DNA of 64,000 nt from Octopus sinensis (Eukaryota): NCBI RefSeq assembly GCF_006345805.1, contig NC_042999.1, positions 56,730,001 to 56,794,000 of the forward strand, written 5' to 3'. The first letter of the stretch is position 1; each line of letters starts with the position of its first letter. The notes beneath the pieces are model-generated. The model was not told the origin of the DNA, did no database searches, and saw only the letters and a program-made list of their open reading frames with translations. Positions 34,678 to 47,524 of the stretch are shown piece by piece. Made by a program: the position numbers and the translations under genes.

Positions 34678-35759
34678 GTAAGTGGAAACCTTGAAATTTT
34701 TTTTTTTTTTTTTTCAAGAAACAATCCTCATCATCATCATTCAAGGTCCATTTTCCATGCTAGCAGGGTTTGGACGGTTTGCTAGCAAACTGCAAAGCTG
34801 CACCTGGCTCCAATTGTCCACTTTGGCATGGTTTCTATGACTGGATGTCCTTTCTAATGCCAACCACTTTACAGAGTGTACTGGGTGCTTTTTACATGGC
34901 ACCAGCACTGATGGTATCACCAAGTACCTTGCAAAACAAAGCTCCTTAGTTGGGAAGGGGGAGTAGTATTGAGGGGTAAGGCTTTGTGCCAGTTGGGAGT
35001 TTTAAGTTATAGAAGGGGCAGATATAGGTGTCTTGCTGTAGAACAGATACATGGATACCCCAGTCTCAACCCTCTTCCACACAGCCTTCTCCAACCCATT
35101 TCATCATCTCTTAAGATGTCCAACACATTCAGTCCTTATTCCCACAAACATCAGTCCCTTTCAAATATTTTCTCTGCCATATCTTTCTTGCAAGTTGTGA
35201 CCTGCAACTATTTCACTGACCTCAGCTCATCAGTCCCAGAGAGCTTGTGACAGTGATGGACTCTGCTCCTTCCTCCAGACTCACCAAGTAAAACCATTAT
35301 AGTTGTTACTATTCCATCTACAAATACATCACCATTTGATGTCCATGTTCCATGTTGGCATGGGGTGGATGGCTCAACAAGATCCAATAAGACTACATTC
35401 TGTTCCAATGTTTGCTTTGGAATGGTTTCTGTGGTTGAATGTCCTTCCTAATGGCAATCACTTTGCAGTGTGGACTGGTCACTTTTTATCATGCTGCCTG
35501 CACTGTTATGGTCACCATGTAATTCTCAGGACCACAAACCCTGGAGGAGTGGGGTCAGCTTCATGCTAGAGAATGGGGTGGTTACTATGAGAGCAGGCTT
35601 TGTAGAAGATCTGCATGGCTTCTCACATGTAGGAGAGAGAGAAAAAGATCAATAAAAAGCTGTAAGAGAGAGCTAATGGTGATGAATAGAAATGGATGGG
35701 AAGGAGAAAGGGGCAATGGCGGAGTAGACTGCCAAAATTGGTGATGTTGAAGGTTGCAT

Positions 35760-37030
35760 GAACAAGTACAGCATATGGAATTTATACATCCCCCTTTCCT
35801 ACATAATAAGCAAGGCCATTTCCCAGAAGGTACCAGAATCCTGTCATCTTTCCTACTTATTAAAGCCTTTGAATTTGCTAGGTTTACCTTAAGCAAATTC
35901 CAGATTTAGCTTCTGTACCTGGGATTTCTTGTCTAATTCCCCTCTGGATTCAGCTATGAGGACTAGATAATCAGCATATAGGAGTTCCTGTGGACAGCTA
36001 GTCCTTAAACTCCTCAGTGATGACTTGTAGGACTCTGATGAATCAGAGAGGACTATGAACTGAACCTTTTGATACCAACCCGGCCAAAACCGCCTCTGAC
36101 TCTGTAGTACAAATGTCTTGTTTACATAAGTATCTGACTCTGTAGTACAAATGTCTTGTTTACATAAGTATCAAATTAAAATTTTCTACCAAACCTTAGT
36201 CACAACTTATGTTCCTGGCACCTGTGCCATTGGCATGTGTGAAAAAATTCGAGTGAGGTCATTGCCAGTATCGCCTGACTGGCCCCCGTGCCAGTGGCAT
36301 GTAAAAGCACCCACTACACTCTTGGAGTGGTTGGCGTTAAAAAGGGCATCTAGCTGTAGAAACTCTGCCAGATCAAAACTGGAGCCTGGTGCAGTCATCT
36401 GGTTTGCCAGCCTACAGTCAAACCGTCCAACCCATGCTAGCATGGAAAACGGACATTAAACGACAATGATGATGATGATTTAAAATTAATTTAAAGAAAC
36501 ACGGAGCATCTCAACAGAAATATGGTAACAAAAGGGTTAAGTACTCATACCTTCACGCTGAATCCGTCACTGATGTCATGACCAACTCTCACTTTACTTG
36601 CTGTATCCTCATAAATCACTACTTGCTGTATCCTCATAAGCCACTCATCTACTCATCGTTTCCTCAATGCCCACCAGATTACTGAATGTTGTACTTGCTA
36701 AATGTTTCTTCCAAATCAACAAAAACCAGAAATAATGGTTCATTCTTAGTCAGGTATTTCTCCTGCAATTGTCTCACTAGGAAGATTGCATCTGTGGTAC
36801 CTCTACCTGGGTCCAAGCAAAAATCTGCATCTCATCCAGGTCTACTTTATCACAGATGAATTGGTCTACGACTTTCTCCATGACCTTCATAACTTGATCT
36901 AGAAGTGTGATTCCTCTTATAGTTCTCTGTAAGGCATTCACTAAATTCATCACTGATGTCATTTCCATCACTCATCTTATTTGCTACTTCCTTGTACAAA
37001 CTTCACAATCCTTTTGTCTACACCTAGTTC
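35760..37030 (-). pseudogene. Decayed RTE reverse-transcriptase fragments in SDR39U1 intron, split by a MITE
   Basis: RGITLLDQVMKVMEKVV...DLDEMQ (36777-36971) and LKVNLANSKALISRK...SGKWPC (35760-35896). Confidence 0.7.
36065..36536. mobile_element. piggyBac-type MITE containing an RTE 3'-UTR insertion
   Basis: aaccttttgatacc ... ggtaacaaaagggttaa ends; TTAA at right end. Confidence 0.5.
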
Positions 37031-37194
37031 CCTCAGAAACCCCAATAAATTACTAAATGTGACGCCCTGTCAAATTGTTTTCAAAAGGCTACAAACATCA
37101 CATCATTTTCCTTCTATAAATCGAAAGCCCTATACTTATCTAACAAATGCTACACAAAGATGTTAATTCACAGATCAAATTCTTCCCATTTCAG

Positions 37195-37347
37195 GCTTCT
37201 ATGCTCCTGATGATGAGAACAGTTATACTGAATACAGTCCGGGTGGCGACCACGACTTTCTGTCTAGGCTCTGCTCCGAATGGGAGACAGCATCAACATT
37301 AGGTCCCTCCCTCACCAACATTGTACGACGGGTTATTATCAGAGTTG
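37195..37347 (+). CDS. SDR39U1: SDR39U1 exon: FYAPDDENSYTEYSPGGDHDFLSRLCSEWE...RRVIIRV(G)
   Basis: catttcag acceptor, gtaagt donor; phase 1 in, 1 out; SPGG..DF...WE motif. Confidence 0.93.
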
Positions 37348-37708
37348 GTAAGTATTTTTTTCGTTTCTTTCTCTACTGGTATGGCTGTGTGGTTAAAGAG
37401 TTTGACACCCAACTATATGGTTTAAGGTTCAGTCCCACCGCATGGCATTTTGGGCAAGTGTCTTCTATAGCCCCAGGTTGTCCAGAGCTTTGCAAATGGA
37501 TTTGGTCAATGGAAACTGAAAGAAAATCTTTTATCTTTTACTTGTTTCAGACATTGGACTGTGGCCTTGCTGGGGCACCGCCTTGAATAAATCAATCCCA
37601 GTACTTATTTTATCATTTGCTTTTGCTGAACGCTAAATTATGGGAACATAAACAAACCAACACTGGCTGTCAAGCAGCAGTGGGAGGGACAACGACAGAC
37701 AGACATAC

Positions 37709-37741
<33 letters not shown>

Positions 37742-37763
37742 CACAAATACATACATACATACA

Positions 37764-40396
37764 CTAGCACTATGATCCGGCGTTGCTGGGTCTAGTGCTA
37801 GTGTTTGTTGTTCGTTACCGGGTCGCAGTAAAGATTTCTCACTAAATCAGTAACGGAAACCAAGCCACAAAGCGTAATTGTGAAAAGTGTTTGAGTCTGG
37901 GCGCCAAATCATGCATCCTCATGCTTAATTAGTGCATTGAATCTTATTGGATAATGATCTAGTACACGCAAATCCAAGGCCGCACATCTAAGGTCAAACG
38001 TTTACATATGTCCCTCAGCAGCATTGGCCAGTACACGCACATGTTCAAGGTCATACACAGTGCCACGCTCACACACATGCACAGGATGATTAAAGTGTCT
38101 ACGCGGGGAAAATGCTTTTTGTGGTGTTTGATGCACGGGCTAATTAATTAGTGGAAAGTGGATTCAAGTTAAAAAAACATAGGGCATTTGTGAGGTGGGG
38201 AAAACCCAATCAATTTGTGGTTGCAAACAAAGAGCTTATTATGTGGAAGTTAAGGCTAAGAGAAAGTAGTTGTAATTCAATTAGTGTAATCGTTGCCAGA
38301 GCAGCCAACTGGCTTCTGTGCCAGTGGCACATAAAAGGGCACCATTCGAGCGTGATCGTTACCAACATCGCCTTACTGGCACCTGTGCTGGTGGCATCTG
38401 CAAAAGGATTCAAGTGAGGTCGTTGCCAGTACCGCCTGACTAGCCCCCATGCCGGTGGCACGTAAAAAGCACCCGCTACTCTCTCAGAGTGGTTGGCGTT
38501 AGGAAGGGCATCCTGCTGTAGAAACTCTGCCAAATCAAGATTGGAGCCTGGTGCAGCCATCTGGTTCGCCAGCCCTCTGTCAAAATCGTCCAACCCATGC
38601 TAGCATGGAAAGCAGACGTTAACTGATGATGAGGAGGAGAAAGCCCGTAAGGGATTGTTATGGGCAAACTCTAATCAAATTAAGATTTCACGTACCATAA
38701 GTAATAACCTGAATACCCTTGTCACCTGCTATGTAGATAGCAAACAATTCGACCTCAGGCTGAAAGCGAACTCAACAAACGATGGTTATGTGTATTTTCA
38801 AAATCATGCTGTGGTGCGGTCAAATTTGAGTTTTTCTCTTTCTTCTTCCTCCTTTTTTGTCCGACTATGACATGTGCACAGTTCCGCTAACTGAAAGCTT
38901 CATATCATGTGCTTGTTGTTCGTTTCCTGTGTTTCAATAAAAAGTTCTTACTTAATCAGGGTAGTGCAGAAACACTGTATGACTCGTGAGTTCTAGCCTT
39001 GACTTGTCTTAGGTACTGGTGTGCTTCTGTTTGGTTAGCTATAAAATGGGGTAAGAACAAAACTCAGGCTTTTTACAGATAAAGATTGCTTTATTTTGTG
39101 CTAAATCCTTTTCTTTGTTTTCGGAAATTATGTTTGCCTTTTCATCGCATATATTTTTTAACGCGTTTGACTGAGCCTCTGCAGATTCTGAGCCCACTCA
39201 GAGGTGCAGCTATACTGGGTAATTAATCATCACAAATTTGGCGGCTTTGTTGAAGATGAATGGGGAGCATGTTAGAAAATTGATAAAGACCACCATGAAA
39301 GCAAACCTTCGCCAACAAAATGAAATGAGTAATTGGGGCTGATAAAGTTTTCAAATTTCCTAGCAAGCGGAAAATTGTGACTGGAAATTAATTAGCATCT
39401 CAATTTTCACTCATATCTCAAAACATAAAAGCATGAAATTTCGCTTAAGAAAATCTTTGTATCTTAAGTCATTCATACCTCAAGTTAGGGCTAAAAGAAA
39501 AGGTTGCAGTCAATTTAAATGCAGAAACCTGCAAGGAATAGTTTTATTGAGTTTCCACTGATTGATTGGCAATTTTGGTAAACTCAAATCAAATTAAGAT
39601 TTCTTGCACCAAAAGGATCACCCTGATAACCCTATGCTCCTACTGTGTAGGTAGCAAACGATATGATCTTAGGCTGAATGCAAACAAATAAACGTTTTTT
39701 ATGAAAATCCTTTGCGGAGTCAACTTACCTATCTTTCATTTTTAATCCTACTTGAATAAAACATCCTGGGCTCTCACTGGATAACTTAAATCAACCGAAA
39801 GCATAAAAGTAAAGCCCTTCCTTAATAGATTAATTGAATAGGCTCCAACTCTTTTATGGCATACTTAAGGAATGATAGCATATCAAGCATATTTGGTCTT
39901 TCATAAAAATCCCGCTCTCTTGTCATTCACTTGGTCAAACACGTTAATTATTCCTTGCATTTCTCAAATCTGAAAAGCTTGCACGTTTGAAAGCCAAAAC
40001 ACATAATGCATCTTCACAAAACACAAAAATGCGCTGAGTCATACAGACTGTCTGCAAATGTGCATGCGCATTCAACTGTCAAGGGTAAAATTATCTCTGT
40101 CCATTTAAAAAACAGCTGGCAGTCTATTGGCATATCTAGCTGTATGCATGCACGCGTGCAAATTTCTATGATTTAGCGATTTTGAATGGATATGCCCATA
40201 AGTTATGGGCATAAGGGGTCAGTTTATCGATTTTTTTTTTTTAATGGCTTTCTGGGGTGACTGGGGAAATGAAAAGATCTTCACGACCACCCTCAGACAG
40301 TTTTGAAAGCCCATAGAAAATGCGAGTCTTTTACGCAAAAAACTGTGGATTTGTATAAAGAATACACAGATGCACAGATATTTTGCCGTTTATAGA
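37764..40396 (-). mobile_element. Non-autonomous Helitron in the last SDR39U1 intron
   Basis: Minus 5' A|TCTATAAACGG at 40396; 3' gacccagcaacgccggatc hairpin plus CTAG|T at 37764; internal ~110-bp duplication (~38680, ~39590) and RTE-UTR insert. Confidence 0.6.
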
Positions 40397-41959
40397 TATA
40401 TATATTGTGCAGTTTCCCTCTATGAAAATCACTCATTCAGCATTGGTTGGCCCAAGGTGTAATAGAAGACACTTGCCCAAGGTGCCATTCTGTGGCACTG
40501 AACCCGGAACCACGTGGTTACAAAGCAAGCTTCTTAGCCACACAATCATGGTATGTATGTTCATGTGTCTGTATTTGTGCATGCATGCGTGTGTGTGTGT
40601 GTGAGATTGTGTTTCCTTGTCTTGCCATGGCATGATATTTGTCACACAAGTAGCGTCGTTAATTGCCAATATTCTGCGGAAACAGGTGGTGAGCTGGCAG
40701 AAACGTTAGCAAGCCGGGTGAAATGCATAGCAGTATTTCATCCGTCATTACGTTCTGAGTTCAAATTCCACTGAGGTTGACTTTGCCTTTCATCCTTTCA
40801 GGGTCGATAAATTAAGTACCAGCTGCATACTGGGGTTTGTTTTTAATCGACTCACTCCTTACCCCCAAAATTTTGGGCCTTGTGCCTAGAGTAGAAAAGA
40901 ATATACTGCAGAAACATGTCCAGCCATGGGGAAATATTGGCTGGCTTAGAATCAGGTGAGGGTTGGTGACAGGAAGGGCGTCCAGCCATAGAAAGTCTGC
41001 CTCAATAAACTCCACCCAACCCATGCTAGCATGTAATTGATTATTCAGTTTTTTAACCATAACTTGTTTCAGTCGTTAGACTGTGGCCATGCTGGGGCAC
41101 CACCTTGTAGAATTTTAGTCACAGAAATTGACCCCAGGACTTATTTTTTAAGTCTGGTACTTATTCTATCAATCTTATTTGCTAAACTGCTAAGTTACAG
41201 AGACATAAACGCACCAACACCAGTTGTCAAACGGTGGTGGAGGATAAACACTGATGCAAAGGCACACACATATATATGCATATAAGGCAGGTTTCTTTCA
41301 GTTTCCATCTACCAAATCCACTCAAGAATTTGGTTGGCTCAGGGTTGTTGTAGAAAACACTCGCCCAAGGTGCCATGCAGTGGGATTGAACCTGGAACCT
41401 TGTGGTTTGGAAGCAAACTTCTTCCCACTCAGCTATGCCAGCACCTATTTGATTATTAATTATCTTAAGTTCCCTTCCAACATCACACCCTTTAACAAAG
41501 AAAATATTATTGTTGTTGTGGCTGTTGTTTTCTCTCATTTTGATTGTTTTTATTTCAATCACAGTCTATGATTCTCTTTTTCCCTATTTTTCTCTTGTTC
41601 TTATCCAAATTTAACCTTTTATTTAGCTAAGAATGCCCCTCCCCCTTTTTTTGGGGGGGGGGTTAGAGGTACATCTCACAGTTCAGTTTACCACCACCAC
41701 CTGACCCTTAGGGGGCCTTTAATGCTTCACTCTGTTGCAGGTATTTGGTCCAAACCTGCAACTTGAGCTTTTCCATGACCTACCCACACATCCTCGCTTG
41801 CTAGTCTTCCCTATAATGCCAAAAGATAGATCCAAACCCCTTGCCCAAATCTCCCTTCTTTTTCCAAATATCCAAGGACTTTGGAGTAAAGATTGTTTGC
41901 CAACATATCATGGCAGTCCTGGTTTAGGACGAATGTTGCTGTAATTTAGCACCAGGAGA

Positions 41960-42095
41960 CATACCTTAAGAATGAGAACCCAGGTTTGAAATTTCTCCAA
42001 GACACCTGATGAAGGCTGGAGGGTATATCAGCCGAAACATTGTGTTAACAACAAACAAGATGAAGACAAATATCTGTCAAATGTAAATAATGTAC
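41960..42095 (+). mobile_element. 3' part of SINE with Penelope-like hammerhead tail
   Basis: gacac-CTGATGA-a-ggctg..cagcc-GAAA-catt-gtgtt at 42001-42046. Confidence 0.6.
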
Positions 42096-42311
42096 ATAAT
42101 TCCTCATCTCTAAAATATAGAACTGAATCAATCAGTTGTTTGTTGGTCAAAGTTCACTGTTTTTAACCTATTGACTTAGTAACTTCTCCTCTCTCCAAGA
42201 TCTTCTTTGAGTCTGTTTATAAACATTTCTTGTGTATCTGAATGTGTTGTTGTTTGTCTACAAAATAAACAAACAAAAGACAGGAAATCCAATTCTTTTT
42301 ACTACTTTCAG

Positions 42312-42721
42312 GCATTGTTCTTGGAAGAGACGGTGGAGTCATTCAAAATATTTACCCTGTCTTCAACCTGGGGCTGGGTGGAAGAATTGGCTCCGGTAAC
42401 CAATGGTTTCCATGGATACACATCTCTGACATTGCTGGTATATATCAATATGCCGTTTGTAATTCCCATGTAAATGGAGTACTAAATGGAGTAGCACCAC
42501 AGCCTCTCACAAATTCGGAATTCACACAGACTTTTGCAAAAGCTATGAATCGTCCAGCTATTTTCCCTGTACCAGGATTTGCTATGAACCTTGTGTATGG
42601 CAGCGAGAGAGCCAAAGCAGTACTAGAAGGCCAAAAGGTTCTGCCAGAAAGAACTCTAAAATTTGGTTACCAGTTTCAATATCCGGATTTGATTTCAGCT
42701 TGCAAAAATCTCTGTCAGTAA
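42312..42721 (+). CDS. SDR39U1: SDR39U1 last coding exon: IVLGRDGG...GLGGRIGSGNQWFPWIHISD...VLNGVAP...LEGQKVLPERTLKFGYQFQYPDL...*
   Basis: tactttcag acceptor; 135 open codons to TAA 42719-42721; DUF1731-type C-terminus. Confidence 0.95.
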
Positions 42722-43394
42722 TTTTATTGTGACGTTTTGCATTGTTTTCGGAATTCTGGAATCTCAAAGTGGACGTTACCACGGCAACCTTCATAGGAGA
42801 TAAATTCTTCAAGTTCTGAAAAATTTACAATACATATATTCTCTTTTACTTGTTTCATTCATTAGACTGTCCCCATGCTGGAGCACTGCCTTGAAGGATT
42901 TTAGTCAAATGGATCAACCCTAGTATTTAATTTTTTTTTCCTTCATCTTCGTACTTCTATCAGTCTCTTTCACTGAATTGCTAAGTTACAAGGACATAAA
43001 CACGCCAACACTTGTTGTTGAGCAGAAGTAGGGGACAAACACACACACACATACATATATATACATGACAGGCTTCTTTCAGTTTCCATCCGTCAAATTC
43101 ACTCACAAGGCTTTTGTTGGCCCAAGCCTATAGTAGAAGACACTTGCCCAAAGTGCCACACAGTGGGACTGAACCCGGAACCATGTGGTCGGGAAGCAGA
43201 CAACACAGCCATTCTTGTGCACATGTATATATGAAGGAAAAGAGAAATCAAATAGAAGTGACCTACATTTTAACAAACTGCTACCATTTATTTCCTATTA
43301 CAAAAGTTATGTGGTGTCCTCTTTTGTGGTGAGTCAAAACAAAAATGTCTAACAAAGTGAACTGGCTCTAAATTTATTATATTGCAATGCATAG

Positions 43395-43562
43395 GCACAG
43401 GAGTGGCTGTGTGGTAAGTAGCTTGCTTACCAACCACATGGTTCCAGGTTCAGTCCCACTGTGTGGCACCTTGGGCAAGTGTCTTCTACTATAGCCTTGG
43501 GCTGACCAAAGCCTTGTGAGTGGATTTGGTTGACGGAAACTGAAAGAAGCCTTTCGTATGTG

Positions 43563-43643
<81 letters not shown>

Positions 43644-43845
43644 CTGTTTGTCCCCCAACATTGGTTGACAACCAATACTGGTGTGTTGATGTCCCTGTAA
43701 CTTAGCGGTTCAGCAAAAGAGACCGATAGAATAAGTACTAGGCTTACAAAGAATAAGTGCTGGGGTTGATTTGCTTGACTAAAGACGGTGCTCCAGCATG
43801 GCCGCAGTCAAATGACTGAAACAAGTAAAAGAGTAAAAAGAGAGT
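43395..43845 (+). mobile_element. Full-length second-family tRNA SINE with internal (TA)n
   Basis: ggcacaggagtggctgtgtggtaag head, ggttcagtccc B-box, gaaacaagtaaaagagtaaaa tail; inverse full copy at ~52440-52830. Confidence 0.9.
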
Positions 43846-44416
43846 AAAGAGAATTATGAAATAAATAGCCATGGACCGGAACAGGTGGCATTAATTTGGC
43901 TTCTCTTCTACATTAAAATTGTTGCTATTTAATTTGTGTGGATTATAATATACCTATTTGGTGTACGTGCCTTGCTGATGTGGAGTGCTAATAATATTCA
44001 GCTGAAGTATAACCAATCGTTCTTTGGTTGATTAAAAGGTATAACTTTTATACTAATGTTTGAACACTTTGGTAGCCTGGTTCCAGCATGAAGTTCTGCT
44101 GAGGTGATCATCTAGATTTATTTATTCTTTTATTCTCTCTCTCTTTATTTATCTATCTATCTATCTATACTCACACACACAGCTTCTGGATGTTTCCTAA
44201 TTGTTGACAGAAGGGTTTAAACAAAAATGAAGCTCAAATTGGAAAACAAAACAAAAATAAAGGGAATTTCTAAATAATAAAATTCAATAATTGAACTTGT
44301 TTTTGTTGATTTTGAAAATAAATCAATTTTAATTTCAGAATTGCATCTGTCTAGCAAGTGATTTGTTCTAAGACAGTGTACAGTAACAACACCATCGTTG
44401 TAGATGAACCATTTAA

Positions 44417-44635
44417 CCCTTTAGTGTTCAGATTATTCAATCAAACATAATGCCTATTGATTCCCATTGATTTGAATTAATCATGCATTATCTCATATCT
44501 TCAAGATCTTGATGGTGTAATTACTTAATGTAGAATAACATTGTAGGGTAAGTGTGAGAGCCTGGATCTGGTCAGTTTGAACATAAAACAGATTAGCTAT
44601 TTTGGCCGGATATGGCCGGTTTAAATACTAAAGGG
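44417..44635. mobile_element. piggyBac-type MITE
   Basis: TTAA|CCCTTTAGT ... ACTAAAGGG|TTAA. Confidence 0.8.
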
Positions 44636-45404
44636 TTAAATCACACACAGAATTGTAAAATTCATTTCATGCGATGTCAGATATTTTATCATTCAACTGC
44701 GACTTGGTTTTTCTGCAACTGCAGAAATGTGTTAATACCCAGGTTGTTGTCCATCATCATTATTGTTTTAGCATTCTCTTTTCCATGCTTACATGGGATG
44801 GACAGAATCTGTTGAGGCAGATTTTCAGTGGTAGGATGCCTTTCCTGTCACCAACCTCACCTGTTTCCAAGCAGTGAGCTTCCTATCCATTTTCAACTGA
44901 ATAGGTTGGAATATAACAGGACTAGAACATCAAACAGAGCTCACGGTAAGCTCTCCGCCTGGTGTTCGGCTGTTACCAAAGGCATTGGATAACACAAATG
45001 TGGAAGATTAACATCACTGTCATTCTGAGAATCCAGGAATCTCAACAGTGCAGAGTATATAAGAAAAGTGAGAGACAAAATTTTTACTCCATTTGTTGAC
45101 AGCTGTTTCGTAATATGTATCCAGTTACATCAGCAACACTAAAGCATCTGACACCCATAAATGTACCTATAAATACCTATATATGAATATATAATTGTAC
45201 TGTAACATAATGAATCAGATCACCTTTCAGATCAACCTTTCCAGGGTTGCAAACAATAAACTCTGCAAAAATTAGGTTTTCTCATGACATAAGCAGCAGA
45301 CTCGAGATATGTTTGGCAAGTTTTTACATTTTACAGATACTAGAACAACTGAATTTGGAACGTATTAAAAACACAGTTCTATATTTCAGAGATGAGGAAT
45401 TATG

Positions 45405-45826
45405 GACATTATTTACATTTGATGGATATTTGTCCTTATTTTGTTTGTTGTTAACACGTTTTGGCTGATGTACTCTCCAGCCTTCATCAGGTGCCCTGGG
45501 GGAAATTTCAAACCTGGGTTCTCATTCCTCAGGTATTTTTCCAATATTATTATTATTATTCAGGTCACTGCCTGGAATTGAACTCGGGATCTTGGGGTTA
45601 GTAGCTTACGAGCATATGGCTTGTTGGTTAAGAGCATGGACTACTACCCCAAGATTCAAAGTTCAATTCCAGGTAGTAACCTGAATAATAATAAGAACAT
45701 CGGGAAAATACCTTAGGAATGAGAACCCAGGTTTGAAATTTCCCCAAGATACCTGATGAAGGCTGGAGGGTACATCAGCCAAAACGTATTAACAACAAAC
45801 AAGATGAGGACAAATATCTGTCAAAT
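45405..45826. mobile_element. Head-to-head inverted pair of tRNA SINEs with hammerhead-like tails
   Basis: Arms ~45405-45608 (minus) and ~45611-45826 (plus); A-box tggcttgttgg, B-box gttcaattcc, tail ctgatgaaggctgg...cagcc. Confidence 0.75.
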
Positions 45827-46329
45827 CATCATCATCAAGATCTGACAGAGTTTCTACAGCTGGATGCCCTTCATAATGCCAACCACTCCGAGAGTGTAGT
45901 GGGTGCTTTTATGTGCCACCGGCAAGAGGGCCAGTCAGGCAGTACTGGCAACGGCCATGCTCAATTGGTGTTTTTTATGTGCCACCTGCACAGGATACAG
46001 TTCAGCAGACTGGCAACGACCTCACTTGAATGTTTTTTCACGTGCCACCTGCAGAAGTGCAAGTAAGGCAACGCTGGTAGCGATCACACTCAAATGGTGC
46101 TTTTTACATGCCACCGGCACGGAAGCCAGTTAGCTGCTCCAGCAACGATCACACTCTGGCTGTTTACTCATAGCGTTCCACTAGCACGGATGCCTGTGAT
46201 CGAATTTGATTTCGATATGTATGTATATATGTATATATATGTACGTGTGGCAGATGCTTGGGAGCATTAACCTCTGAAAATCTGCAGAAAACAACTTCTG
46301 TCACTTTCCAGGGGATAAAAAGAAGAAGT

Positions 46330-47430
46330 AGTTGATAGCTTCCGTTATCTTGGTGACCAATTCAGTAGTGGGGGTGGGTGTGCTGAAAGTGTAACGGCTA
46401 GAGTAAGAATAGCCTTGGCAAAGTTTAGGGACCTCTTACCTCTGCTGGTGACTAAAGGCCTCTCGCTCAGAGTAAAAGGCAGACTGTATGATGCATGTGT
46501 ACGAACAGCCATGCTACATGGCAGTGAAACATGGGCCGTGACTGCTGAGGACATGCGTAAGCTCATGAGAAATGAAGCCAGTATGCTCCGATGAATGTGT
46601 AATGTCAGTGTGCATGCTCGACAGAGCATTAGTACCCTGAGAGAAATGTTGGACCTAAGGAGCATCAGTTGTGGTGTGCAAGAGAGACGATTGCGCTGGT
46701 ATGGTCATGTGGCGAGAATGGATGAAGATAGGTGTGTGAAAAAGTGCCAATCCCTAGCAGTGGAGGGAACCCGTGGAAGAGGTAGACCCAGGAAAACTTG
46801 GGATGAGGTGGTGAAGCACGACCTTCGAACTTTAGGTCTCACTGAGGAAATGACCAGCGACCGAGACCTTTGGAAATATGCTGTGCGTGAAAAGACCAGG
46901 CAGGACAAGTGAGTCCAGCCCACTTATGCATGCCTTTCCTCCCTTGGACACACAAAGACCTGTTGAGGCAAGCGAAGTCGATATCGAACCTCATCCGACG
47001 ACAGGCACCTTTGCTTGCGAAGACCTGTTGGGGCAAGTGAAATCAAAATCGGAATCGAAATTGAACCAATCCTATAACTGGTACCCGGCAGATGCCAGGA
47101 CCTCTGGACTGGAGATACATAAAAAGCACTATCTGAATCGTGGCCGATGCCAGCGTCGCCTCGACTGGCTTCCGTGTCGGTGGCACGTAAAAAGCACCAT
47201 CCAAATCGTGGCCGAAGCCAGTGCCGCCTCGACTGGCTTCCGTGCAGGTGGCACGTAAAAAGCACCCACTACACTCACGGAGTGGTTGGCGTTAGGAAGG
47301 GCATCCAGCTGTAGAAACATTGCCAGATAAGACTGGAGCCTGGTGCAGCCTTCTGGCTTCCCAGATCCCTGGTCGAACCGTCCAACCCATGCTAGCATGG
47401 AGAACGGACGTTAAACGATGATGATGATGA
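46330..47430 (+). mobile_element. 5'-truncated RTE LINE with long repetitive 3' UTR ending (GAT)n
   Basis: LHGSETWA, RLRWYGHVARM, RGRGRPRKTWDEVV; UTR with gtggcacgtaaaaagcacc repeats. Shows the abundant gttggcgttaggaagggcatcc repeats are this LINE's 3' UTR; opposite-strand copy at ~54030-54600. Confidence 0.9.
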
Positions 47431-47524
47431 TGTACGTATATATATATATATATATATATATGTGTATCTGTATATGTATGTATATATATATATATGTGTG
47501 TGTGTATATATATATATATATTAA

